Below are positions 10,930 through 23,476 of a DNA stretch of 64,000 nt, piece by piece (position 1 is the first letter of the stretch; each line of letters opens with the position of its first letter). A program made the position numbers and the translations under genes. The stretch covers positions 62,001-126,000 of the forward strand of contig LSRY02000030.1 of assembly GCA_001643675.2 (NCBI GenBank), written 5' to 3'. The notes under the pieces were generated by a model. It worked only from the letters and a program-made list of their open reading frames with translations. It had not been told where the DNA came from and ran no database searches. The stretch is from Monocercomonoides exilis PA203 (taxonomy: Eukaryota > Protista > Preaxostyla).

Positions 10930-12040
10930 TTTGTGTGAATGGTGTCATCGCACATGATGTCAATCGGATTTAGCAACAAAAAGTTGTTACAAAAATGAAG
11001 CGATCACATATGATTTTGGCTGCAGGTTAATATTTTCGTAAAGATAACTTTTTTCGAAATGTTGTTTAAGAAAGTTTCTTTTGTCAGTGGCTGTTAAATA
11101 ACAAAAAATATATTCAATAATCGTTTCAAAAACACATGCTTGATATGCATTCATAACAACACTTTTTGCGGATGATGTTATCAATTTGCAATGTTCATCA
11201 TCAACAATGCTATGCAAAATTGCGAACTGAAAATTTCAACAGAAAAATTAATATTTCAAAAAAAAGATTCTGTTGCAACAAATAACCAATCTTTCATTCA
11301 TGAATCCATTGAAAGAGAGAAAAAAGGATTACACAAACTCGTTGTTTAATTTTGAACAAAAATGGACAAAACAATCCATAACTTTGAATTTTTATCTTTT
11401 CGGAATTCATCAAATATTGCCGGTTTTTTTATTCTATTGCTTCGGCTTCCATATCAAATACAACAGTTTATTCATTTGAACCTCTCATAATTTCTTATAA
11501 TGTCGTTAAAATTGATGAGGCGATTTTGAATAGAAGGGTATTTGAAAAAAATAATATGAAAAAGAAAATTTAGTTATTCGAAGCAGTTCAGAGAAATGCA
11601 GAGGATAACGATGATAATTCTTTTCAGTTTGTGTGCCAAATAGAAAAAATGACTCACTTATTCCAATCATCAAAGCCAATATTTTTCCTATGACTCCAAT
11701 TCACAGTGACGAATGGAAAGCTTATGTCTATTTTGAGGAGATTGGACATGTGCATAAAACTGTTTGCCATCAGTTTCACTTTCGAATCTTTGAAAGAGAA
11801 ATTTGAACTGACAAATTTGAAGGCTTTTGGAGAAGCTTCATCGTGAGATGATAAAAATTGAATAAAAGAAAAATTCAGTGTTGATTATATGTCATTATTT
11901 ATTGAATGCAAGACAAGTAAGTTTTCTTTCGTTCAAACAGTCAAAGCAATTTACAGATATTCACCAGAAAATTTTGAAGAAGAAGAGGAGCAGGATCCTG
12001 AAAAAAAATATGATGAAGAAGTTGTTACTGAAATTCAAAT
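10930..12040 (+). pseudogene. Possible heavily decayed transposase relic (MULE-like)
   Basis: Broken frames with fragments resembling MULE motifs in plausible order (LFADD, NFE, YCFGFH, WKAYVYFEE, KFEGFWRSF, acidic tail). Many stops and frameshifts; weak. Confidence 0.25.
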
Positions 12041-12048
12041 TTTAAAAT

Positions 12049-12305
12049 GAGTAATTATTTCTGAATCCATATTTTTTATGGCAAAAATTTCAGCCTTGAA
12101 ATTTGCTTTTAATATTGATAAATGAACACTGAAAATTGACAACTCCTTTCAAATTCTGTTTTTTCAACAATAATATCGAAAAACATTGTCTTTTTCAATG
12201 ATTGTTATCTATTTATCAGTTGAATGAAAAACAAGATTATTTAAAGGTTTTGTTTCAAAAAAATGAACACACCGAAAAAAGATATGATTTCAAAAACAAT
12301 CACAC
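12049..12305 (+). mobile_element. MITE family A copy 4 (degenerate)
   Basis: GAGTAATTATTTCTGAATCCATA...TATGATTTCAAAAACAATCACAC, flanked by direct AAAT/AAAT. Confidence 0.7.
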
Positions 12306-13124
12306 AAATAGATTATTACTCATGATTTTTTGGAAGGAGCAAAGAAACGGAATATTCCAAACATAAATCAGAATTAACAAAAAGAAAATTTCATAATTAT
12401 CTTTGTTATTCATTCGTTCAATCATGAATATAAAAAATATAAAATGTTTCTTTCCACATGTTTTTTTGAAATAATTGGTTATTGCTCATTTTTAGTTAAA
12501 GACAGATTCATGCTTTTTCAAAGATATCGCAAAAATATATCCTGAAGATGCAATTTAATTTAATGAATTCAAATATTATTTCCGTATTTTTTATATACAT
12601 ATTTGAGGCAATAACCAATTTATCCTTTATAAATATTATCATTTATAAAATGCTACTGTTATTTCGATTTAAAAGCGTAAATAGTTTTCAAATAAAGGAA
12701 TTTTTTAAAAATTCGTTTCATTCAATCTTTATTTCCCCAATTTTTTTCAACGATTTTTATATTGAATAAATGTATTAGATAAAAAATGGATCAGATTAAT
12801 AATGATAATGATAATGATTATGATTATGATATTAATAATAATATTTTATTTTTTCTTTTTTCTTTTATTATTATTTTTATTTTTTTGGTTTTTGTTTCTT
12901 CACCAAGAGTAATTTGAGTTTGAAAAAAAATAATAATATTTTGGTATTCCTTTCTAACCGAGCATTTTAATATATCTTGAGGATGGATTTTAGTAAATTT
13001 CATGCAAATTTTTAACCAATCAAATATAAAAACTCAAAGAAAGCTGTTGTTTTTATTGCAACATCAAGCAAATCAATTTGATGAATTTTTTTACAATTTC
13101 GAAAATCATAACTCTTTAATATAT

Positions 13125-13380
13125 GGGTGATTATTTTTGAAATCATATTTTTTCGTTCAAAAATTTCGGTTCGATATTTTCACTTGAACATCAACAAAAG
13201 AACACTGAAAAGTGAAAATACTTATGAAAGATATCTTCATCTTTTTATTAACTTAAAAACTTTGTTTTTAAAACAGTTGTGGTAATAGAAGCATTTGACA
13301 ACAAAATTTCATCCGAATGATAAACTATCTTTGAAAAAACAACACACCGAAAAAAGTTATGACTTCAAAAATAATCACCC
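13125..13380 (+). mobile_element. MITE family A copy 5 (best preserved, 256 bp)
   Basis: ATAT|GGGTGATTATTTTTGAAATCATA...TATGACTTCAAAAATAATCACCC|ATAT; 23-bp TIR with 1 mismatch. Confidence 0.9.
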
Positions 13381-13915
13381 ATATTTATTTAAAATTTTGT
13401 TCTTTTGAATGAACTAATAAAAATGGTGAATTAAAAATCACATTTGTTGGATAACAAAAGACTAGAATCTTTTTTCCAATACTTTTTTTTTTTAATTTTT
13501 TTTTTAATTTTTTTGGTGAAAATGAGAAAAACATCAAATTCTTAAATTAAAATGAATTCATTTTCTTTTCAAATTAACTCCAAATTTAAATATTATCCAT
13601 AAAAAATGAAAAAAAAAAATTATTCTTCGAAAATGAATCATTTTTCAAAAATTTTTAAACAAAGTGAACTGATGAGATAAAAATTTTGAGAAGATTAACA
13701 TTAAAACAGAATTTATTCATTCCACAAAACAAAAAGTATTTTATTTTAAAACTAGAATATTTTTTTTCAAAATCGAAGAAATAAATTACTAATTTGAATT
13801 TATTACTTTTGATTTTGGATAATAAATTCCGAAAATTGAATTATTTTTAGTGGATTTTTCAATAAAAAAAACTTCGAATCGAGGAGTTAAAACTTCGAAT
13901 GAATTTACACACCAA

Positions 13916-13990
13916 ATATATATATATATATATATATATAATAAATAAAAATAAAAATAAAATAAAAAATAAAAATAAAAAAAAAATAAA
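13916..13990. repeat. (AT)n microsatellite followed by (AAAAAT)n
   Basis: Directly visible. Confidence 0.85.
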
Positions 13991-14754
13991 AGCTGTTAAG
14001 ATTTCATCATTAATCACCAGTTTTTAATTTGAAAATGAAGAAAATGACAAAATAAAGTGGAAAATATTAGTTGAACATGACAGTTTTTTTTTAACGAAAA
14101 ATATACTCTATCAATAAACTTCGATATTTAGTAACATTTAAAGAATAACCATTTCTGAAAGTCAAACATCAAAATAAAATTTAAATTTAAAAATTTTGAC
14201 CTTGAATCAAACTTTTTCTATTTGGAATGATTTTTGGTGTTGTTATTGAATTGAAAAAAATAAAATTATAACACAATCATTCAACATTCATTAGAGTATA
14301 AAAAATAGAGAACTGTTTAAAAACATAACTTGTTTTAAAACAAAAATGTTTATAAATAACTTTGAAAAATTTCGCAGGTTTGAATAATAGAACAAAAAAA
14401 ATCTTCTCATAAAATACTCGCCCATGTATCAGAAAATATGTAATTAATACTTTTAAAAGAGAAAAAAGAGGAAAATTTAAATACAAAATTATTTGCTTTC
14501 TCACTCACTGAAAAAGACAAATAGCATTTTTCAAAGAGTTAAATTGATAAACACCAATTTTCAATCTTTGATTTCAACATTCGATTTTCATGCATCAATC
14601 ATCATCAAATCCGCAACGATTAACATTCTTCGCATTTTTCTCGATAGAAATTATCATTTTCATTAACTTTGAATTTTTTTCCCGAAAAAGTTTTGTCCAT
14701 CGTTAAAGATTATTGAATTGCTTTTGTAGATCAGTTAATAACACTTTCAACTTT

Positions 14755-15396
14755 TTATTTCCACTGTTGTGTTCCTTCAACCGAGTCGTATAATCTTCTT
14801 TTGAAAATGTCCTCACTGGTTTTCATTCTTGATAAGTCTTTAACTTTATCCTGTTCCTCGATAAATACAGAACTGTTGTCTGTTGATTCAAATTCAGATA
14901 AACATGAAAGCTTATTCAGTAAGCGATGAGACAGTGCAAGATCTTCAAAACTCGAGCGAATATCTCTTCTTTTTGTCATTTCAGTAATGGCAATCAACTC
15001 CTGTTCTTCAGTTAAAAATTTTCCTTTTGAATAACTTTTTATTGTATTATCTTGTGGCATTTCCTTAAAATTCAACTTTGGCATCATGAAGCTTCTCTGA
15101 GATTTCATCCACTTTTTTGAAGAACGAGTAGTTGACAAATAAGGATTTCTAAACATTCCTTTTCTTGTTCGAGATGTTTCGTTTCTTTCATCGCTATCTT
15201 TTTTTTGACGGACATTTAAAATGATATCAGTGCTTTCCCTTTTTGGCTTAGGTTCTTTCATCCAATCCAGAAAACGTGCATTTCGTTTATCTAATTGCTC
15301 ACTAAAAAATTCTGGATACTTTTGAACATGTCCGAAATAGTGGCGACCATGCTCAAAAGATAAAAGCTTCTGTTCCAAATTTAACATCTTCTCCAT
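14755..15396 (-). CDS. Hypothetical protein (213 aa; ends may involve extra exons)
   Basis: Long charged ORF with higher GC than its flanks; no recognisable domain. Confidence 0.55.
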   Translation of the reverse strand: MEKMLNLEQKLLSFEHGRHYFGHVQKYPEFFSEQLDKRNARFLDWMKEPKPKRESTDIILNVRQKKDSDERNETSRTRKGMFRNPYLSTTRSSKKWMKSQRSFMMPKLNFKEMPQDNTIKSYSKGKFLTEEQELIAITEMTKRRDIRSSFEDLALSHRLLNKLSCLSEFESTDNSSVFIEEQDKVKDLSRMKTSEDIFKRRLYDSVEGTQQWK

Positions 15397-15823
15397 GACG
15401 TTTTCTAAAATCCAATCAAAGATTTAAATTTCTTCAAAATCGAAAGAGTTTAATGAAGAACAACTTCATTACCATAATTTTTTATAAAGATCAGATAAAA
15501 GTCTTTGAAAAAATATTTTTCATCTATTATTTCGATATAGTTTTTATTTTTTATTATTCCAGAAATGCATTACATGAAACCAAAAAAGGAGATAACCGTG
15601 AAATTAAAAAAAAAATTTAAGAAAGAATTTGTCTTATTCGAAATGAATATTCATTCGTAGCAAAATAAATCATTTTTTTGAAATGAACAAAGGAAACAAT
15701 GCATACATAAATAAAAACCCTTTAAAAAATCAGCTATAAACCAACTTTCTGAGGATAAAAAATTTCCCCTTTGGCTCAAAGCCCGATTATTGAACAAAAA
15801 AAAAAAAAAAAAAAAAAAAACCT

Positions 15824-17602
15824 TCAGATTAAAGCAGGTGAATATAGCGATGTACATTGAATTCCATTCAGCCTTTTGAATTGTTGAAGTTTTCCTTCAA
15901 ACAAATAACTTCGGAGCTTGTTTAAATTTACGACAGAAGCATCATTTTGCGCTTTGGAAAGCTCGTTTTCAATTAACATTTTCTGATTGTTTCTAATTGC
16001 TGCTCCAACAAAGAAGCAGACAATTGCACAAAGTCCAACAAGTACAGTGCACAAAATATAAAATGGAATGCTTATCAATCCAAACGAGGAGTCGATCGCA
16101 CGATCAAGTCGCAAAGCAAATAGAAGTGGCTCAACAACATCCACCAGAATGAAAAGAATGAAAATGCAGATATTAAGAGCATAATGCAGCCCCAATGGAT
16201 TCAAAATAAGTAACGCAAGATCACCAAGAGATGCACCTGCAACGAGAAATATGAGACAATGCAGCCACCGGAAAGAGAGCGAAACTAGATGATAAAAAAA
16301 AAAAAGTGGTTGGAACACAAAATGAAACAAATTAATATGTGTGAAATGAATATTCAATAAATAGATGTTATCAATTTCAACAACTTTACAAATACAGAAA
16401 AACAAACAGTCACATCGCAGAATTACTAAAATGATGGTAGCGACACATCCTAAGTACAACAATGGAACAGAAATAAATGTTACTATTTTATCCAACTTCG
16501 ATTTTCTATCCGATGCCCACTTAAAAAACTTGGGTATAAATCCCAAAATGCATGCAATTCCAAGCAAATAAGGAATAATTAACCAAATGAGCTTGCTTTT
16601 AATAATTCCGTCCAACCACACAAATGGCAATATCCATATGGCTACACAAGCAATAAATCCAGCTGTTGCAAGTAATCGGTAAATCCATTTTTTTTGGTCA
16701 ATGAAAAAGAATAGCATTGCAACGAACCCAACAGGAACAAGCCCAAATCCGCAAAAAGAAAACGACGGAAATTTTCTTTCCTGTAGGGTTCTTAACTCAA
16801 AACGCTTGTCAAATGCACTGGGGAAGCAAAATAGTGTGAAAAGCATGAAAATAATGCTCATAACTAACAGAAACATTTCTAATATTCGAAATACTTTGTA
16901 ACAATAAATGGTTTTTTTCTGTTTATTGCCCAAAGTTATTTTTTGCTGTTCCGTCAATATACGGCTATAGCAACTAAATGTTCGAATTATTCAAAAAGAA
17001 ATACAGAAACAAACAACAACAAATCAAAAAAAAAATATTTTTTTATGTGTTCTAAATAAAATAATCAATAACATACAGATATGTGTACTTCCAACCTTTA
17101 TTACTAATTCCAAAAGTTCGAAGCAATAAATCGTTCTAAAACAAAATTTATAAATTAAGTGAGCGCTGAAAAAAGATTCTCACCATGGAATCGATCTCTT
17201 TTAATTTTTGAAGAGAAATAAACGCTTTTTGCGGAATATTGCATTTGCTTATCATATGCGGGATGTCTTCAATGCACATTTTCTTCCAACAACTGAAAAA
17301 TAAGCCAATGCTTTTTCAATTTTTCAAAAAGAATAAAAGCCCAAACTCTTCTTCATCACCAATTTGTTTCAATCGTTTTGATGCTTGTCTCAATGCAAAT
17401 ATTGAACTACTGTCCAAATGTTGAAAAATACTAAAAAATAACAAATCAAAATGTGCTTAATAAAGTTTAAAATTAAAAGCTATCAACCATATCAAAACAT
17501 TATCAGGAAGGATATCTAAAATCACAAAAAAATATTTACTTGCTCTTTCATTTGGAATAAAACAAATGCATTCGTACCCAATTGAACTACATCCCTAATC
17601 AT
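15824..17602 (-). CDS. F-box + TMEM185/TMEM60-like multipass membrane protein (spliced, ~7 exons)
   Basis: Five phase-compatible GT-AG introns join MIRDVVQLDILPDNVLICIFQHLDSSSIFALRQASKRLKQIGDEEDCWKKMC (F-box) ...GWKYTYLCYSRILTEQQK to the track ORF 15824..16957. That ORF has repeated TM hairpins (WLDGIIKSKLIWLIIP, LRCD.SLSFRW, LRLDRAIDSSFGLISIPF). A further in-frame intron is likely at 16285..16407. Confidence 0.75.
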
Positions 17603-17696
17603 AGTAAAAAAATACAAGAAAACTTTGAGTTCATATTAAATAATGGAAATATCGATTTCAAAGAAAAAAACAGAATTACCATAAATTAATATTTTT

Positions 17697-20600
17697 ATGA
17701 ACGAAAATATTAATCAACCTCTAACATTTGATGAGCACGCAGTTTTAAATAGTTTTGCGCAAAACACATGTTCACATTCGATAATTATTCGTTCATTCCT
17801 TTTTTTATTATAATTTCATATTTCATGAAACACAGGATTTAAACAATTTCTTGAAAAAACTTGCATTGATCAAATTAATCAAATCGTCTATACTTTCACA
17901 GATGTAGAGGGCCATTTTCCTGTTTTTGTATCTGTAATTGACCTTGCTTGCTTTGATTGCAACCTCGGTAACTTTGTCCTTCTTTATCCAACTGATGCTC
18001 TTCCTCTTTTTGACGCAGCTGCTTTAATGGTGGAAAAAAGCGTTAAAGAAAAAGAAGATGAAAATGAATTCAATGATGGAGATATTAAAGAGAATATTCA
18101 TATTCGATTAGTTGATCTTCCTGCAGATGAATTCACCTTTAAGTCAGGTCTGCCTCGGGCTTCAGACATAGGCAAACTTGTAAGCGTTCAAGGAACTGTG
18201 ATTCGCACAGGAATCGTGAAAATGTTAGCATCTCAACATGAATTTATATGCAACAAGTGCCATTCAATAATCATGGTTCAGACTGATATTGAATTAGGTA
18301 ATCGAATAACCAGGCCAACAATGTGCTCAAATCCTGAGTGTGCATCGACCTCTTTCACATTTTCTGAGAGTGGAACAAAGTTTCGAAATTACCAGGAGAT
18401 AAAAATTCAAGAGCAAATCCAAAGATTAAGCGTGGGTTCTGTTCCCAGGTGTTTTCAGGTGGTGATGGAAAATGACCTTGCTGAAACATGCAAAGCAGGA
18501 GATGATGTGTTTATAACCGGTACGGTCCATCGAAGGTGGAAGTCATTTTTCTCAGGAGACCGAACTGACTTGGATCTTGTTATGAGAGCAAATGCAGTGC
18601 GCGTTTTAAATCAACAAGTAGAAGAAGCAGTGTGCACAATTGCGTTATTTAATATTGATTTATTAAATAATATGTATATTTTTTCGAATTATTAACCAAT
18701 GTTTTTTTTTCAAAAAAAATAATTTCACCATCTGATAATTCCAAAGCTCGACCAAGATGATAGCGAATTTGAGCAGTTCTGGAGAGACAACTATGCCCAA
18801 CCGATCACCGGCCGTAATGCCATCATCCAGCAAGTGTGCCCTCAGATCTATGGAATGTACATTGTGAAGCTCGCTCTTCTGCTCAGTTTGATTGGAGGAG
18901 TCAGCCGCAAGTACAGCGACGGGACAACAGTTAGGGGCGACTCCCATCTGCTCCTGATTGGCGATCCAGGCACAGGGAAAAGCCAGTTCTTGAAGTTCGC
19001 TGCGAAAGTGGCGCCTCGGAGTGTGCTGACGACGGGGATAGGGACAACCTCAGCGGGACTGACAGCCGCAGCGGGGAGAGATGTGGGAGGGGAGTGGATG
19101 CTGGAGGCTGGGGCGCTGGTGCTGGCAGACGGTGGGGTGTGCTGCATCGACGAGCTCGACTGCATCCGGCAGAACGATCGCGTGGCGGTGCACGAGGCGA
19201 TGGAGCAGCAGGTCATCAACGTGGCTAAGGCGGGGATTGTGTGCAGGCTGAATGCGCGCACAACTGTCATTGCGGCGACGAATCCGAAGGGTACTTTTGA
19301 TCCGCTTGCGCCGCTTTCGGTGAATGTGGCGCTGGCATCTCCTCTGCTGTCGAGGTTTGACATCATTTTGGTGCTCAGAGACACAAAAAGTGATGATTGG
19401 GACAATAAAGTGTCGACGTTCATATTGAGTGGAGGGGAAAAGAATGCGAAGGTGCTGAATGAGGAGAATGGGGAAAATGGAGAGAAAGAGAGAGGAGAAG
19501 GAGGAGAAGAAGGAAGGGGATATGCAGAAAGAGGGTTTGAAGCGATGTCACCTTCATTTGGAGAGAAAGAGCCAAAGTCCTCGCAACTTATGCACCAACT
19601 CTCTCAATCATTACATTCACAACATTCATCTCGCGTGCACACTTCATCTTCCAGCACTTCACAGTCATTGATTCCTTCACCACTTTCACAAGCTCCATTG
19701 TCACCTTCACATTCATCATCATCGTCTTCGTCTTCTTCATCATCATATTTCTCTTCTCAATCATCCACTTCCTCCGCTTCCTCTTCCTCTTCAGCCTCCT
19801 CCCAATCATTCCCCACCCCATCTCCAATCTGCTGGTCCACAAAAAAGCTTCAGAAGTACATCACATTCGTCAAAAGACTTAAACCCATCCTCTCAAAGGA
19901 AGCACAGCAAGTTCTGTCTCATTTCTACATCGCGCTCAGAGGGCAGACAGGGAGAACCACGTCGCGTACGACGATACGTCTGCTGGAGAGCGAAATCCGC
20001 CTGGCGATCGCGCATGCGCGGCTGATGAACAGAAGCGTGGTGCTGCTTTCAGACGCGCTGGCAGTGGCAATGCTGATGTCGATGAGCATGCGTTCCACAG
20101 GGCACGGGGCAGGAGAGACATTTCCGTCTGAGATGTCGATTGGCGGGGACATTGGAGAGAGCATCGCAAGGGTGGAGTTTCCGCTGCAGCCGGATGAGAA
20201 CTTCAACGATCTGGCGAAGCAGGCGCTGGTGCAGCTGGGGTTGCAGAATTTGATTGGCGCGCTGAGGAGGGAGCAGAGAAGGCTGGCTGGGTTTCAGCGG
20301 AGCGAGGAGGAGAAGAAGCTGGAGGATGCGCTGATTCTGGAGGAAGAGGAAGAGTATGAAGAGGAGTATGCAATCAATGAGAGCAACAGAAGGGCGAATG
20401 AGATGGGGGGATATGGGGAGATAGGAGAAGGAGAAGGAGAAGGAGGAGAAAGAGGAAGGGGAGGAGGAAGGGGAGGGATGCGTGGAGATGAGTCAATGGA
20501 ATGGATAGAGATGAATGAGAGAGAAGGAAGAGCTGCAGAGCTTGCGAGAGAGAAAGCAGAGCTGATGAGGATGGAAAGAGAACAAGAAGGAGAATATGGT

Positions 20601-21122
20601 GATGAAGGAGATGAATGGAGAAGGAGAGAAGAAGATGTGGAAAGGGCGCTTGGGTTGAGAGGAAGGAGTAGAGGAAGAGGTGGGAGAGGTGGGAGAGGAG
20701 GGAGAGGAGGGAGAGGAGGGAGGGATAGAGGAAGGGGAAGGGGAAGAGACAGAGGCGGAAGAAGAGGAAAAATGAACAGATATGGAGGAACAGATGGATT
20801 TGACGATGATGGCTATGATGGCAATGAAGATGACAAAGATGATGACAACGATGATGATGATGATGAAAGGGGAGGGTTTGATGAAGGATACGAAGCACGA
20901 GGCAGAAGAGGGTGGAATGAGGAAGGCGACAGATGGGGTGAGACAAAGCACACGAAGCCTCTGAATGACGACAACTCACTTGACTCGCAGATTGAAGACG
21001 CAGACCATTTTGTGTATGATCAGCAGCCTGATCCGTATCAGTCGGCTTTTCACTCTGTCGATATCTATCAAACAAGGATGTCTGATAGAAATTTGGTTGA
21101 TCCGTTTTTTTATCAAAAGTGA
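17697..21122 (+). CDS. MCM9: DNA helicase MCM9; join(17697..17751,17836..18629,18747..21122)
   Basis: N-domain with Zn finger (CNKC...CSNPEC), NYQEIKIQE, Walker A GDPGTGKSQ, MCM9-type RSVLTTGIGTTSAGLT, Walker B CCIDE, HEAMEQQ, arginine finger LLSRFD and TIRLLESEIRL. Introns are phase-consistent. Confidence 0.93.
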
Positions 21123-21476
21123 AGTATTTAAATATAAGAAGAAATATATTTTTCAGTTTTTGTAGTTTTTTATGTGTATATATGTTGTATTGAAAACGTA
21201 TTTAGACTTTTTATCTACCAACTTTTGTTATCGTGAAGTGTTGAATTTTTCGTAAAAAAAGTTTTTTTTAATTAGATTTTGCAGATGTGTTTTAATGAAC
21301 TTCAGCCACAATGCTTTGAGAAAATGAGCAACTGTATCTTTATTCTGCTATTTCTTTTTCTTTGCTCTTTGAACATAATAATAATGAAAACAATGAAAAA
21401 CGAATGATGAGTGAATGAAACAAGAAACAAACTATCAAAAAGAGAAATAGAAAACCTCAACAAAGTTGCTAAAATA

Positions 21477-23476
21477 GGGTCATAATTTAATCTTGACCTT
21501 TTTTTTTATTAATCATTAACATTTCCCACAATTTCATATTTTTTAAGATTTTTAAGTATATGTATGAATTCAATAGATAAAAATAAATACATTTTGAAAT
21601 AAACCCAATTTCGCTTGGGGGGGAGATGGAGGGGTTTAGCCCCTTCATTGAACTTCTGTGTGGAATTGGAGGGTTTCATGGGGCATAAAACCTTTAGTTT
21701 GTTAAAAATGTTATTTTTCAATTTTTTTTTTTTTATTTCGTTTCAATTAAAAAATAAAAAATTATTATGATTTAAAAAAAATTATTAAAAAAATGAAAAT
21801 ATCTCCAGAAACAAAATTAAAAGAAGGTCAGAAAAATAACAGAGAGCAATGTATTCGCACAAGTACAGGAATCATCACAGTCGGCTGGATCGAATGGCTC
21901 ACATCGTTGTTGATGGAGTTGTTCGCATAACGGATGCTATCAATTCCAAAGAATTTAGTCGTACACGAATTAAGAACGCAGTTAGAGCGCTGAGAAAAGG
22001 AAGGCTGGTTGGAAAAGTTGGCAGTCCTGCAGCAGTAGTGGGCGAAAAGGAACAAAGAGTTTTCAAAATTATTCACATTGAGGCGAAGTCTGGTACATGT
22101 TTCACTTTAAAAAAAAGAGAGAATTGGTTTGTTAAATTATTATTTATATGTTTTGTTCATTTGTTTTTCAGATAGAAAATGTTATAAACGACAACGATGA
22201 CGAAGACGCACCATTTACCGAAGTTTCAATGTCAGCCATGAATGGCTTTGTCAAGCGTTATCCTGAGCTGATGACTGGAACGCCGAAGAATTTGGACATC
22301 AACAGACTGGCTGTTTCGTGCAGAAGTGTTTCAAAGCCCTGGTTTAAAACACTCGACAAGCTGCATGAAAAGTTCCATTAAAATTTAGCTTTAATTTTAA
22401 ACATCGACGTATCTTCAACGCGCGTTCCTACAGATTCAAAACAGCTTGTTGTGCTTACAGCAGACACAAAAGCAGGTTTCTCAAAAGAACCACCAAGAAT
22501 GATTAATTCAACATTCGTGGCAGCTGTTGCAGTGGATGGATATGCCTTTCCTTCTGTCATTTTGAAGCCAAGTGTAAACCTGCTTGACTGACTAAAAAGA
22601 TTGTTATCTCCAACGCTGAAAATATGTGCAAATGGAAGCGGCTGGATGGATAACGTTTGCCTTAAAAGGTATGCCCTCACCATTCTTTAACCTTCTATTA
22701 TCGAAAGAAGAAAGCGCATGTCACTTGAAAACGAACACATTCTTTTCCTTCTTGATTCGCATGCATCTCGCGCAGATCCATCGATCTGGCGAGAATTCCA
22801 AAAACAACAAGTCGATGCTTTAACCTTCGTGCCACACAGCACACACCTCTGTCAACCGCTAGACAGAGGAGAGTTTGCTGTGTTCAAATCTGAACTGACA
22901 AACAGATTTAAGGCTCCGTATTCTTCTTCATCTTCCTCCAAACGAGCAGCAATTTCAAACGTTCTGCCTCTAGCCATCCACACTAGATTATCTCCTTCTG
23001 TATTTCAGAAAGCTTTCATCTGCAGTGGTGTTCTTCACAATTCTTCTGGACCAGTTCTTTTGAAACTGCCCGAATCTTCAATTTCCCCTCTTCCATCCCG
23101 AAGAAATAGATGCAACTTTTATGGAAAAGTGATAACCGACGATAATCTTTTAAAGAAATGGGAAAATCATTTGAAAATGAATAATGAAAGGAAAAATGAA
23201 ATGGATGAAAAGGAGAAAGATGAAGTGAAGACTGTTGTGGATGAAAAGAAAAAAATAAAAAGAAGATTTCTTCATGTGAAAAACGATGATTCTGAAGATG
23301 AAAAGAAAGATAATGCATTAAATCGAGCTGAAGGAAAAAGGAAAGTTATCAGAAGAATTTATTCTGATTTTGTTTTCTTTTAATTATGCTATTTTTTGAA
23401 CTTTTGACACTTCTTTTTTTTTTTTTTTTTTTTTGTGTCAGAATAAAGAAAAAGGGTCAGGATAAAAAAATAACCC
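21477..23476 (+). mobile_element. pogo/Tigger-like (Tc1-mariner superfamily) DNA transposon, ~2.0 kb, inactive
   Basis: Imperfect ~28-bp TIRs GGGTCATAATTTAATCTTGACCTTTTT / AAAAAGGGTCAGGATAAAAAAATAACCC, each flanked by TA (21475-76 and 23477-78). It encloses a DDE_1 transposase remnant. Confidence 0.85.
21849..23383 (+). pseudogene. DDE_1 (pogo/CENP-B family) transposase pseudogene
   Basis: Motifs ILNIDVS, NGSGWM, LFLLDSHASR and FVPHSTHLCQPLDRGEFAVFK; in-frame stops near 22380 and 22590 and frameshifts; intron-like segment at 22093..22171. Confidence 0.85.

Noticed and set aside
9028-13384. Recurring ~25-bp motifs as a CRISPR-like array
   Set aside because: The motifs are inverted pairs with homologous interiors and irregular spacing in an intron-containing eukaryotic genome. 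They are MITE TIRs, and no cas genes are present.
21477-23476. pogo element as the mobiliser of the ATAT MITEs (both start GGGT.AT)
   Set aside because: Similarity is limited to ~12 AT-rich bases and the TSDs differ (TA versus 4-bp ANAT).
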